A stretch of 39,023 nt of DNA from Candidatus Micrarchaeota archaeon (GCA_023248035.1 JAHFFJ010000005.1:1-39023), one strand, 5' to 3'; numbered from the stretch's first letter, positions 26,711 to 36,400 are shown. Notes: generated by a model from the sequence alone, not told the origin. A program made the numbers and translations.

Positions 26711-26853
26711 TGCGCCTATACCAAACAAATGACGCGAACTAACGATTTAAGGACAACAGCATCGAGATTCGTTCGTTTTCAAGCGCGCGTTTTGATGTTA
26801 AAGAAAAAGAATTTGCACCGATTAAACTGCTCGAGTCGGTAGTTCTTGGCGCG
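26711..26853 (+). ncRNA. Candidate structured RNA (three-way junction), family unknown
   Basis: Nested helices TGCGCC/GGCGCG, GACGCG/CGCGTT, AACGA/TCGTT, AAGAATT/AGTTCTT, ACCGATT/AGTCGGT, with G-U pairs on the plus strand. Confidence 0.4.
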
Positions 26854-26984
26854 TAGTTAAACAAAAAAATAAAAAGAGAAATTTTTTTTTTCCCAGTTGA
26901 TAAATACACCTACCACAGACGCTAGGTAGATTGGTGTGGGAGGGGTCAGAATTCGACTAATATTATATGGTTGTTTGTTTGTTT

Positions 26985-27008
26985 TATATGTAACTATAGT
27001 TACATATA
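26985..27008. repeat. Perfect 24-bp palindrome in an AT-rich intergenic region
   Basis: TATATGTAACTATAGTTACATATA. Confidence 0.9.
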
Positions 27009-27102
27009 TAAATAATAAAGAATATAATTCTTTTATCACATTTTATTTTTTCGTTTTTTTTATATTTTTTAATTATTTTTTATTTTGGGGGTTTCCGTTA
27101 GT

Positions 27103-27351
27103 ATGGTTGATTTTATGCAGGTACTTTACATTTACGATCTAAACGCAAAGGATAAGGTCAAATTTAACCGCCTAAAAAGAAAATTTTACTATCACTTGAA
27201 TAAACTACCAATAAAAAACGATAGTTGGAAGACCAAATCCACATTAGCAGTACCATTAAAAATGGAAAAAATGCTCGATGCCTTCTTCAAGGTGTTCAAA
27301 AGCTCAGTAATAGTCTACAAGGCTTATACAGAGTCAATAGAAGAACTCTAA
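27103..27351 (+). CDS. Orphan Cas2/VapD-like small protein
   Basis: MQVLYIYDL (Cas2-type first strand with YD), basic helix, KTKSTLAV resembling xQxSVF; about 80 aa; start at 27103 or 27115. Confidence 0.6.
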   Translation: MVDFMQVLYIYDLNAKDKVKFNRLKRKFYYHLNKLPIKNDSWKTKSTLAVPLKMEKMLDAFFKVFKSSVIVYKAYTESIEEL

Positions 27352-27391
27352 TCCTAACTTATCGTTCTATTAGTGGAATTATGGGGTGTCT

Positions 27392-28960
27392 CTATAACTC
27401 CAATTCCACTAGATAAACGTCAAATTCCAATCCAAACTTCTCTAACATCTGCTTTTTTACCTTACCGAAAATTCCAATACTTCTTCCATTAACAAATACT
27501 GAGGAAGATATCTGACTATCAAAAACCTGAGTTTCCTGTTTCTTTAGTTCAAAAACCAACCCTTGTTCAGCCATAAGGGTTTGTAAATACCCCCTCACCA
27601 AAGCAAAATCTAACATTTTATCCATAATTCCAAATACCAGGCGCTTTCTATCTTGGCCTTTATTATGAACCAGACCAATTTCGTAAAACTTCTGTGGAAG
27701 GCCCCGCATCTTATTTATAGCGAAAGTTTGTACCATATCTAAGACTAAATTCGGTCTTACAACAGTAAAATCCACAGTACTTGGATTGGTTATCTCCACA
27801 ACATCCACATCACCTAATAATTTTTCTTTATTGGTAAGTATGAATGTTTTAGTTTCTATAAAGCCCATTCCTTTCATTATTTCATCAATCTGTACGTACT
27901 CTTTTTTTACCATTCCAACTGAAAAGAAATCTGGGAGGGTAGGTTTGAAGTTATTGTATCCATATGCAATTGCTACATCCTCCACAACATCGACTACCCC
28001 CATTATATCTGCACGATAGGGCGGTATCTCTACCTTACCCTTAGTGTAAACATAACCCATTTTTTGAAGAAGCCCGCCAAGTTCTTTATCATTAAAATTA
28101 CTGCCTAGTATTTTGTTGACATCACCACTTCCAATTTTCATGATTTTTGGTGTAAGATCTGGGGAGTTAAATTTTTCTTTTCCATAATCCATACTAACCT
28201 CATATACCGCCCCTCCCATATCAGCAAAAGTACAAACCAATATGTTAAGTGCTGCTTTACAGGCATTAATCTCAGTTCCAGTGACCTCGATAAATATCTC
28301 GGTTGTGGTTTCATCAACTTTCCCAGTTTCAGCGGAATTTACAATTGGTATAAGGCACATAACCTTTCCTGAACTATCTAGAAAGACTGGATATCTATCC
28401 TGCCCCTTAATCAAGTGGCCATACTGCTGGCCTTTCTTGTGCTCTTCTAATATCTGATCTGCACCCATCACGTTATCATGCCCAAGTGGCCGGTAATTTA
28501 TCTCCCTTGGTTTTAATGTGGTGTACCTTATCGGGAAAGTTATGTTGTGCATTGGATATATACCAAGACCAAATTTTTTCACTTTTCTTCCCAAAGTACC
28601 CATTAACTTTTCCTGAAGAAGTATCATATCCCTTATTCGCTGATCATCAAAGGCCATGCCCTTAACAACTGCACAAACGGTGTAGGGTCTTGAAACAGAC
28701 TTATCTACAATCACCTTATAGTTCGATTTTTTTACCTTGTATCTTGTCTGTTGTTTTTTAGTGTACGCTCGTAACGATCGAGCGAGCCCCTCCATCGAAT
28801 ACCAATCCGGTCGATTTGGTGTAAGTTCGGTTATTATCTTATTAGTTTCTGTTTCGTATTCAGAAGGTGCACCAAGCTCGCTTAATATCTCCACCATTTT
28901 CTCCTTTGGTAGGCCTATAAGCTTCTTCATTTCATCATAAGCAAACTCAATTACGACCAT
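27392..28960 (-). CDS. pheT: Phenylalanine-tRNA ligase beta subunit (archaeal type)
   Basis: TPNRPDWYSMEGLAR, LQEKL..TLGR, PIVNS, IPPYRADI...DVVEDVAIAYGY; start MVVIEF at 28960, just after the purF stop. Confidence 0.95.
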   Translation of the reverse strand: MVVIEFAYDEMKKLIGLPKEKMVEILSELGAPSEYETETNKIITELTPNRPDWYSMEGLARSLRAYTKKQQTRYKVKKSNYKVIVDKSVSRPYTVCAVVKGMAFDDQRIRDMILLQEKLMGTLGRKVKKFGLGIYPMHNITFPIRYTTLKPREINYRPLGHDNVMGADQILEEHKKGQQYGHLIKGQDRYPVFLDSSGKVMCLIPIVNSAETGKVDETTTEIFIEVTGTEINACKAALNILVCTFADMGGAVYEVSMDYGKEKFNSPDLTPKIMKIGSGDVNKILGSNFNDKELGGLLQKMGYVYTKGKVEIPPYRADIMGVVDVVEDVAIAYGYNNFKPTLPDFFSVGMVKKEYVQIDEIMKGMGFIETKTFILTNKEKLLGDVDVVEITNPSTVDFTVVRPNLVLDMVQTFAINKMRGLPQKFYEIGLVHNKGQDRKRLVFGIMDKMLDFALVRGYLQTLMAEQGLVFELKKQETQVFDSQISSSVFVNGRSIGIFGKVKKQMLEKFGLEFDVYLVELEL

Positions 28961-28964
28961 ATCC

Positions 28965-30374
28965 TCACTCTTGCGCCTTAATTCTAGCTGCTCTTTTGAC
29001 ATAATCTGTATGGTAATCCTCATTAAGGCATCCTGTACATATCGGAAACCCTATTGCACCCCTAAGGTCTTCTATAGAAAGATATTCCAAACTATCGGCA
29101 TTAAGGTATTTACATATCTCTTCTACTGTTTTTTTATTGGCTATAAGTTCGTTATAAGTCGACATATCTACGCCATAAAAACAAGGTGCCTTGATTGGTG
29201 GGGAAGTAATTCTCAAATGAACCTCTTTTGCGCCAGCTTCCCTCACTATAGTCACTATCTCTCTAAGCGTTGTGCCTCTGACTATACTATCATCTATAAG
29301 CACCACCCGCTTACCCTTAACAACACTGGTAACCGGATTTAGCTTTAGCCTTACTGCTTCTGAACGTTTATTCTGATCGGGCATTATGAATGTACGCCCG
29401 ATGTATCTGTTTTTTATCAACCCTTCCTCGCAAGGTATCCCCAACTCTCTAGCATAAGCTGTAGCTGCTGTTCTTGAGGTATCTGGTACGGGTACTACAA
29501 CATCTGCTTTTACTGGCGCACTTTTAGCTAGTCGTATCCCTAACTTTTCCCTTACAACGTGCACTGGTAGTCCATGATCTAAAAGTGAGTCTGGCCGTGA
29601 GAAATAAACATATTCAAACATACAGTGTTTCATCTTCTCTCGTTTAATCTGGAATTTTTCTATTTTGGCCTGTTTACCCCTTACAACAATCAATTCCCCA
29701 CCATTCACACTACCTTTGAATGGAATTTTATTCACATCAAGAGCAGCAGATTCTGAAGTAAAGCATACAAAATCCTCATTCTCCCCCCAAACTAATGGTC
29801 TTATTGCGAACTTATCACGAAAAACAATCAATTCCCCATTAGCAAGCCCAGTTACTGAATACGCTCCTTCTAAACTATCCATCATCTTTTCCACTGCTTT
29901 TTTTGTATCTGCATACCTATCCAGATAATAGACCATAACCTCAGAGTCAACCGAACTTGTAAAATTGTACCCATATCCCTGAAATTCTTTTTTGAGCTCC
30001 TTGTAGTTAGCTATATGTCCATTGTGGGCAGCTGCATAATTTTTGTAAACAAAAGGCTGAACATCACAACCATGACATTCGCCGTGGGTGGGGTATCTTG
30101 TGTGCCCAATCCCTATACTGCCTGGAATCCTAAGGTCCTCTTCCTTAACAACCGAATCAACCAGTCCAATTCCTCTACACTCCTCTATTTTCTTTCCATT
30201 CCAAACTGCAAATCCTGCAGCATCCTGCCCTCGATGTTGGAGTGCAATTAGTGCCCTATGAAGGAGTGGTGCCACATCCTGGCCGGTTTTGGAATAAATC
30301 CCTACTATCCCACATTCTTCTCGTTTTTCATCTATGATTTGATCTGTAGAATAAGAGTTGATTTTTACTACCAT
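28965..30374 (-). CDS. purF: Amidophosphoribosyltransferase
   Basis: Propeptide then REE|CGIVG, LQHRGQ, GHTRY, HNG, CMFEYVYFSRPDS, DDSIVRGTT, PCFYG, CTGC (Fe-S type). Confidence 0.97.
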   Translation of the reverse strand: MVVKINSYSTDQIIDEKREECGIVGIYSKTGQDVAPLLHRALIALQHRGQDAAGFAVWNGKKIEECRGIGLVDSVVKEEDLRIPGSIGIGHTRYPTHGECHGCDVQPFVYKNYAAAHNGHIANYKELKKEFQGYGYNFTSSVDSEVMVYYLDRYADTKKAVEKMMDSLEGAYSVTGLANGELIVFRDKFAIRPLVWGENEDFVCFTSESAALDVNKIPFKGSVNGGELIVVRGKQAKIEKFQIKREKMKHCMFEYVYFSRPDSLLDHGLPVHVVREKLGIRLAKSAPVKADVVVPVPDTSRTAATAYARELGIPCEEGLIKNRYIGRTFIMPDQNKRSEAVRLKLNPVTSVVKGKRVVLIDDSIVRGTTLREIVTIVREAGAKEVHLRITSPPIKAPCFYGVDMSTYNELIANKKTVEEICKYLNADSLEYLSIEDLRGAIGFPICTGCLNEDYHTDYVKRAARIKAQE

Positions 30375-30426
30375 ATTGATACTATGTATAATTTCCTTTT
30401 AATGTTTTCCAACCTAATCATTTCTC

Positions 30427-30690
30427 ATGGAAAATAGGGAGATTGAGTTAGAAATTGCCAAAATAAATGAGCGTAATAAAAGGGTGGAGGCAGACAAAGC
30501 TTGGGAAACTAGCTTCACCCGCCGTTTGATCCTATCCTTTGGTATCTACATCTTAGCTCTTGTACTGTTAATTTCTATTGGTTCTCAAGATCCAGTTGTT
30601 TCTGCATTATTACCAATGTTCGGTTTCATAATTTCCACTCTTTCCATTCCACATATAAAGGCGTTTTGGTTAAAATCTTATAAAAAATGA
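30427..30690 (+). CDS. Small conserved hypothetical membrane protein
   Basis: ERNKRVEADKAWETSFTRR followed by two hydrophobic helices. Confidence 0.75.
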   Translation: MENREIELEIAKINERNKRVEADKAWETSFTRRLILSFGIYILALVLLISIGSQDPVVSALLPMFGFIISTLSIPHIKAFWLKSYKK

Positions 30691-30699
30691 GGTCGTATT

Positions 30700-31257
30700 A
30701 TGGGTTCACGTGCAGGTTATTTTATAAGTCAAAATGGGGTTCCTTCCTGGGTAATTCGAAGACAGGAATATTTGGGTGGAAGTAAGGAAGAGCTTATGGA
30801 AATGATACGTTCTATTGCACTCCAGCTTATGGACGCTAAAACCACCATAAATAAAGGGGATTGCGCTCTTCGTCATGATCTTTATCTAGGCCGACTTTTT
30901 TGCGCTGCAGTTAAAGCCATTGCGAGTAGCAAGTACAATTCAATAGAGATCGATTTTAATTGCGATATTGATGAGCATGGCGTTTTTGAAATAGTTCTGG
31001 TGAAATGGAATGAATGGTGGCTCTACCACCATGATCTCAATCTAAAAAACATGGCCGACGAAACAAATGTAGCCGACATTGAAATAAGGAAGCAGATTGA
31101 GCAATCTATGACGGATGCATTTGGCCATAATAAAGAAGCGATTACTGCATTTGTGCCAGAAAACCAACATCTACTTGGAAAATTCTTTTTTGAAGATGGC
31201 AAGGCTCTCAAAGATGGTCTTCGGGTGGAGTGGGAAAAGAACTTTAAGGAATACTAA
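30700..31257 (+). CDS. Hypothetical protein
   Basis: 185-aa ORF with SD GAGGT; fits between its neighbours. Confidence 0.7.
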   Translation: MGSRAGYFISQNGVPSWVIRRQEYLGGSKEELMEMIRSIALQLMDAKTTINKGDCALRHDLYLGRLFCAAVKAIASSKYNSIEIDFNCDIDEHGVFEIVLVKWNEWWLYHHDLNLKNMADETNVADIEIRKQIEQSMTDAFGHNKEAITAFVPENQHLLGKFFFEDGKALKDGLRVEWEKNFKEY

Positions 31258-31281
31258 ACATTACTATCACAGGTAATACTT

Positions 31282-32442
31282 ATGCGTAAAGTTGCAATAA
31301 TCGGTGTAGGAATGACTCCCTTTGGTGAACATTGGGAAGAGGGCCTTCGTGATCTTGCAGTCCAGGCTGGCATACAAGCTATTTCGGATGCAGGAATCAG
31401 TGGTGATAAGATTGATGCAGGCTACATCGGTACCATGGCCTCAGGTCGATTGGTTGGCCAGGAACATATCGGCGGCCTTCTTGCAGACTATATGGGTCTA
31501 AATCCAATTCCCATTACTCGTGTTGAGGGTGCATGTGCTTCGGGCAGTCTTGCTCTTAGGCAAGGATTCATGGCAGTCGCTAGTGGGATGCATGAACTTG
31601 TAGTTGTTGGTGGCGTCGAAAAGATGACTGATCTAGGGGTAAATACTGTTAGTGATATTTTGGGCGGAGCGGGCGATCAGGAATGGGAACTGTTTCTTGG
31701 TGCAACGTTCCCGGGAATTTATGCTCTAATGGCAAAACGTCACATGTACGAATATGGAACTACGGAGGAAATGATGGCTGCAGTTGCTGTGAAAAACCAC
31801 AAAAACGGTGCCAAGAACAAATATGCACAATTCCAAAATGAAATAACTCTAGATACTGTACTCAAGTCAAAAATGATTGCAGACCCACTCAAAGTCTTTG
31901 ATTGCTCACCAATCTCTGATGGGGCAGCAGGGCTGATACTTGCTCCTATGGATGTTGCTCAAAGCTACACGAAAAAACCAATCGAAATAATCGCAACTGC
32001 TCAAGCCAGTGATGCTCTTGCACTCCATTCAAGAGAAACTATGAGTGGTCTTAGGGCTACTCAGGTTGCAGGTAAAAAAGCGTTTGAGATGGCAAAACTT
32101 TCCCACAAAGATATTGATTTTGCAGAAATTCATGACTGCTTTACAATTGCTGAAATAATGGCAATCGAAGATCTTGGTTTTTTCAAAAAAGGCCAGGGTG
32201 GAAAAGCCACTCTTGATGGTAAAACTGCTCTTGGCAGCGAAATTCCTGTGAACACATCAGGTGGCCTAAAAGCCTGCGGACACCCAGTTGGTGCAACTGG
32301 TATAAAACAGGCTGTGGAAGCAGTCTGGCAGCTGCGGGGTCAAGCAGAAGGACGACAGGTAAAAGATGCTCATATTGGTTTAACCCACAACGTTGGTGGA
32401 AGTGGAGCTACTGCGGTTGTTCACATCTATAAGAACCAGTAA
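31282..32442 (+). CDS. Archaeal acetyl-CoA acetyltransferase (thiolase)
   Basis: VEGACASG, GVEKM, CSPISDGA, EIHDCF, GHPVGATG, HNVGG; SD AGGT. Confidence 0.94.
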   Translation: MRKVAIIGVGMTPFGEHWEEGLRDLAVQAGIQAISDAGISGDKIDAGYIGTMASGRLVGQEHIGGLLADYMGLNPIPITRVEGACASGSLALRQGFMAVASGMHELVVVGGVEKMTDLGVNTVSDILGGAGDQEWELFLGATFPGIYALMAKRHMYEYGTTEEMMAAVAVKNHKNGAKNKYAQFQNEITLDTVLKSKMIADPLKVFDCSPISDGAAGLILAPMDVAQSYTKKPIEIIATAQASDALALHSRETMSGLRATQVAGKKAFEMAKLSHKDIDFAEIHDCFTIAEIMAIEDLGFFKKGQGGKATLDGKTALGSEIPVNTSGGLKACGHPVGATGIKQAVEAVWQLRGQAEGRQVKDAHIGLTHNVGGSGATAVVHIYKNQ

Positions 32443-32478
32443 CAATTGTTAATAAAAGTTAAAATTAGAAATAAAAAA

Positions 32479-32916
32479 TTAGTTTCTGCATTTTGCAATC
32501 ATGAATTGTTTTTCCTTCATGGCACTTCCTATAATCGTAACCTCTGGCTTACCATCGGTAGCACGATTGTAAAGAACCCCATGCCATTCAACAAGCCCGA
32601 ACTTATCATCAAGCATCTTGACGACTTTATTGACATCAAAACACTTGCATGAATAAAGGTCGAAGTAGATCTCGTTGGTGCCATCTGGGTGTGCAAAGAA
32701 ATGGAGTGAGCAGTGGCTTGTAGTAATCATTTGTACAAAGCTCTGCCCTGGAAAATCGAGATCTTCTGCATCAGCCCAGTTAATCGGGCCCAAAGGCTTC
32801 ATATTGATGGCCTTAAGCAACTTATCCACAAAACGCTGAGCATCATCCTTCGGCAGTGCCTTAAAACTCGGATCGATCTTGGCGTTTACCGTTATGTGTA
32901 TGTGTTCTAATTTCAT
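32479..32916 (-). CDS. Pyruvoyl-dependent S-adenosylmethionine decarboxylase family proenzyme
   Basis: GQSFVQMITTSHCSLH (self-cleavage xSH), YFDLYSCKCFD; probable start MKLEHIH at 32916. Confidence 0.78.
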   Translation of the reverse strand: MKLEHIHITVNAKIDPSFKALPKDDAQRFVDKLLKAINMKPLGPINWADAEDLDFPGQSFVQMITTSHCSLHFFAHPDGTNEIYFDLYSCKCFDVNKVVKMLDDKFGLVEWHGVLYNRATDGKPEVTIIGSAMKEKQFMIAKCRN

Positions 32917-33088
32917 TTTGCATCTTGGTAGATTTCTTTTCACTATAAATTTAAAAACGTATTCCTCTTTTTCGTGATTTTTGGGGCAGATTTTTCATTT
33001 TTCTTTCTGCCTCAGATCTACCAAATAATATTTATGTGTAGATTATTTTAAAAACTTATTCCCACACTTTTTCCAACTCACGCAATTT

Positions 33089-33622
33089 TTACTTCTGTTC
33101 TAATCTTTCTGACCTCTTGTGGGATCTAATCCAGGCTGCACAATCTGCAAAATATTTTTCATGCCAGGATTTAATCAGGTCAATAAATTCTTTACCCTTT
33201 TCTGTGAGTCTGCATGGTCTTATATCCCCACGTACAAATTTCGTACTACTTATCATTTCGGCTGCTAAAAGCGTATCAATAGAATTTGAAATTCTTGATG
33301 GTGTTGCGTTGTAGAGTTTTGTTATCTCTGCATTATTTCCATAACCATAAGAAACTGCGATCAATACCGCCAAATTCGATTTGCAAATCAATGCTGTGAT
33401 CCCACTATCACCAAAACGTTGTTGAGTCTTATCACTTGTCGTTTCTAGCGGATTCTTTGGTTTTCTAATCACTCTTGATTTTGGTCCATGCTTTGGTTCT
33501 TTTGGTAAAAAATTCGCACCCTCAGTTTGTGGCATGGCAACTATTTTTACTCTAGGAAATGTTTGTGCTGGTGTAATTATTAGAGGTCGTTGTATCACGC
33601 CAATTGCTTTTCTCATTAACAA
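33089..33622 (-). CDS. Hypothetical protein with C-terminal winged-helix-like region
   Basis: SRISNSIDTLLAAEMI...RLTEKGKEF resembles a MarR/HxlR-type wing. Confidence 0.6.
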   Translation of the reverse strand: MLMRKAIGVIQRPLIITPAQTFPRVKIVAMPQTEGANFLPKEPKHGPKSRVIRKPKNPLETTSDKTQQRFGDSGITALICKSNLAVLIAVSYGYGNNAEITKLYNATPSRISNSIDTLLAAEMISSTKFVRGDIRPCRLTEKGKEFIDLIKSWHEKYFADCAAWIRSHKRSERLEQK

Positions 33623-33768
33623 TCCTCAATTGAGAGTCATTTTAAATGTTATTTTTTGTATAAAAACCTGTTTTTTATAAATTTAACTCCCTCTAAAAGA
33701 AAAACTTTATATAGTCTGGTAGCTGATATTAGTTACGGGCATCAGGCTCGTTTTGGAGAGGGGTAGAT

Positions 33769-34422
33769 ATGGAGCCTATGGAGCCAGAAATTATACCGGC
33801 AATCCTAGTTAAAACTCGTGATGAATTGCTGGCTCGTATATCATCCGTCCTTCCTTTTGTAAAAGAAATCCAACTCGATATCATGGATGGGGAATTTGTG
33901 CCAAACAAAACCATCGGCCTTGAAGACCTGAAAAATCTTCCACCTGCAAAATATGAATTCCATTGGATGGTTAAAAATCCGCTAAAATGGATCGAACAAA
34001 TACCAGGTCCTCACACCCATCTTGTTCATGTAGAAACCATTGATTCAAAAGAGTTTGAAAAAATCACTACAGCGATAAAATTAAAAGGGGGTAAAATTGG
34101 TCTTGCACTAAATCCAGAAACACCATTAGAAACCCTTTTGCCTTTTGTGCCTAAGGCTAAACGTATACTGATCATGACTGTCCATCCTGGTTTCTCTGGG
34201 CAGAACTATATCGAGCAAATGGGTAAAAAAATAAAAAAACTCCGCCAGCTTTATCCGAATCTCGATATAGAAGTTGATGGTGGAATCAACCACTCTTCTG
34301 CTGCGCATGCATATTCCTGCGGAGCCAATATTCTTGCTGCTGCAAGTGCCATATTCTCTTCTTCTGATATCAAATCTGCAATAGCGGACCTGAAAAAGGC
34401 TGCAATCGGGGTGCCATCATGA
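33769..34422 (+). CDS. rpe: Ribulose-phosphate 3-epimerase
   Basis: IIPAIL, LDIMDGEFVPN, HWMV, MTVHPGFSGQ, EVDGGIN. Confidence 0.94.
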   Translation: MEPMEPEIIPAILVKTRDELLARISSVLPFVKEIQLDIMDGEFVPNKTIGLEDLKNLPPAKYEFHWMVKNPLKWIEQIPGPHTHLVHVETIDSKEFEKITTAIKLKGGKIGLALNPETPLETLLPFVPKAKRILIMTVHPGFSGQNYIEQMGKKIKKLRQLYPNLDIEVDGGINHSSAAHAYSCGANILAAASAIFSSSDIKSAIADLKKAAIGVPS

Positions 34423-35273
34423 AGCGCATGACTAACATGAAGCAACTCCGGTTCATGGCAAATATAATCCGACAGGATGTTGTACGCATGCTCTATGAGG
34501 CAAAAAGCGGACATTCTGCAGGTTCAATTGGCCTGGCTGATATTTTCACCGCCCTCTACTTCAATGTCCTCTATCACAATCCAGAAAAGCCCGACTGGCC
34601 CGATCGTGATCGTCTCATTCTTTCAAATGGCCATGTCTGCCCGGTACTCTATTCCGCACTTGCAAATGCCGGCTACTTCCCTAAGGAAGAGTTAATGACA
34701 TTACGCAAGCTAAATTCCATGCTCCAAGGTCATCCTCACCGTGGCACACTCCCGGGAATCGAAAACTCATCAGGGCCGCTTGGTCAGGGTCTTTCCCAAG
34801 CTGTCGGTATGGCAATCGTTGCAAAAGCCGAGCGCAAAAGATGGAGGGTGTATGCAATGTTATCTGATGGTGAACACAATGAAGGGCAAACCTGGGAAGC
34901 TGCCATGCTCGCTGCCAAGTACAAGCTTGGTAATCTCACTGCAATTATCGACCGTAACAATATCCAGATCGATGGTTATACCGAAGAAGTATTGCCACTC
35001 GAACCATTTGCAGATAAATACCGTGCCTTTGGATGGAATGTAATTGATGTTGATGGCCACAATATAAAAAAAATAATCGATGCCTGTTCCGAGAGCAAGG
35101 CAGTTTATGAGCGTCCTACTGTTATAATCGCTCACACCATACCCGGTAAGGGAGTACCATTTATGGAAAACCTTTTCGAGTGGCATGGTAAGCCTCCAAC
35201 AAAAGAGCAAGCAGATGAGGCAACTCGTGATTTGGAAGCCATCAAAAAGACGATCGATGAGGATGAAGAATAG
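34419..35273 (+). CDS. Transketolase, N-terminal (TPP-binding) subunit
   Basis: SGHSAGS, RDRLILSNGH, LQGHP, SGPLGQG, SDGEHNEGQTWEA, GKGV, WHG. Confidence 0.95.
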   Translation: MKRMTNMKQLRFMANIIRQDVVRMLYEAKSGHSAGSIGLADIFTALYFNVLYHNPEKPDWPDRDRLILSNGHVCPVLYSALANAGYFPKEELMTLRKLNSMLQGHPHRGTLPGIENSSGPLGQGLSQAVGMAIVAKAERKRWRVYAMLSDGEHNEGQTWEAAMLAAKYKLGNLTAIIDRNNIQIDGYTEEVLPLEPFADKYRAFGWNVIDVDGHNIKKIIDACSESKAVYERPTVIIAHTIPGKGVPFMENLFEWHGKPPTKEQADEATRDLEAIKKTIDEDEE

Positions 35274-35281
35274 GTGCTACT

Positions 35282-36310
35282 ATGAACTCTCACCCCACCA
35301 CCAATTCCAAACCCCCGCTCGAATCTATTTTGGATATGCATCTCATTCCAAATCTCTTTAACCCAGAACTTTCCAAACCCAGTCGCGATGGTTTTGGTAA
35401 GGCACTTGTCGAACTAGGTGAGCAAAATCCAAATGTCTGGGTTCTATCTGCTGATGTTTCAGAATCAACAAGAACTCATTGGTTTGCAGAAAAATTCCCA
35501 AAAAGATTTGTCCAAATCGGAGTTGCCGAGCAGAACATGGCCGGAGTGGCTGCAGGCATAGCCGCTTGCGGGAAGACTGTTTTTCTATCTGCCTATGGTG
35601 TTTTCTCACCCGGAAGAAACTGGGATCAGATTCGTGTTTCGATCTGCTACAACGATGTTAACGTTAAAATCCATGCATCTCATACCGGTCTTACTGTTGG
35701 TCCGGATGGAGCATCCCATCAGGCTCTTGAAGATATGGCAATGATACGATCGCTCCCAAATATCGTTGTTCTTGCCCCCGCTGACATGGAAGAAACAAGA
35801 AAGGCTGCAATTGCCCTTGCTGCTCATAATGGCCCTGGATATATGCGCACTGCACGTGAAAAATCACCTGTTTTCACCACTACAGATACCCCATTTGTAA
35901 TAGGTAAGGCCAATGTTTATCGTGATGGTTCTGATCTCGCCATTTTTGCCTGTGGTATTCAGGTTTATGAATCGTTAAAGGCTGCCGAGCAACTCAAAGG
36001 TGAGGGAATCGATGCCGCAGTTATAGACTGCCACACCATAAAACCAATTGATCGAGCTGCCATCATAAAATACGCAAAAAAATGCGGACTTATTATGAGT
36101 GTGGAAGAGCACCAGGTCGATGGTGGTATGGGTAGTGCAATAGCTGAAGTTACCAGTTCCGAGTTCCCGGTTCCGGTTTATCGTCATGGAATATACAATC
36201 GTTTTTGTGAATCTGGTGAACCCTACGACCTACTAAAAAAATATGAATTGGACGCTGAGGGAATAGTTAAACATGCTAAAGAAGCAATGAAATTAAAGTC
36301 TAAAGTCTGA
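35282..36310 (+). CDS. Transketolase, C-terminal subunit
   Basis: GVAEQNM, GPDGASHQ, TIKPID, VEEHQVDGGMGS. Confidence 0.95.
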   Translation: MNSHPTTNSKPPLESILDMHLIPNLFNPELSKPSRDGFGKALVELGEQNPNVWVLSADVSESTRTHWFAEKFPKRFVQIGVAEQNMAGVAAGIAACGKTVFLSAYGVFSPGRNWDQIRVSICYNDVNVKIHASHTGLTVGPDGASHQALEDMAMIRSLPNIVVLAPADMEETRKAAIALAAHNGPGYMRTAREKSPVFTTTDTPFVIGKANVYRDGSDLAIFACGIQVYESLKAAEQLKGEGIDAAVIDCHTIKPIDRAAIIKYAKKCGLIMSVEEHQVDGGMGSAIAEVTSSEFPVPVYRHGIYNRFCESGEPYDLLKKYELDAEGIVKHAKEAMKLKSKV

Positions 36311-36400
36311 TCTGTCTATTTCGGACGTCGTAGATATACTAACTGTTATAATTGATGTCAAAAGATATGTTTATATAGTTCCACTCACCTAATATTTCTG

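Noticed and set aside
26857-27142. Two short ORFs (60 and 68 aa) in the AT-rich gap
   Set aside because: Low-complexity translations of T/A tracts and the palindrome.
26664-27351. CRISPR array or leader next to the Cas2-like gene
   Set aside because: No repeat-spacer periodicity seen here or elsewhere in the window.
28961-29023. N-terminal extension of PheT in the ORF track
   Set aside because: Overlaps the purF 3' end; ATG 28960 with an upstream GAGG fits the archaeal PheT N-terminus.
32446-32652. 68-aa ORF after the thiolase as the expected DUF35 partner
   Set aside because: No CxxC zinc-ribbon motifs; antisense to the decarboxylase gene.
32982-33043. Two short hairpins (TGGGGCAGA/TCTGCCTCA and ATCTAC/GTAGAT)
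   Set aside because: Short stems with large AT-rich loops; not enough to call an RNA element.
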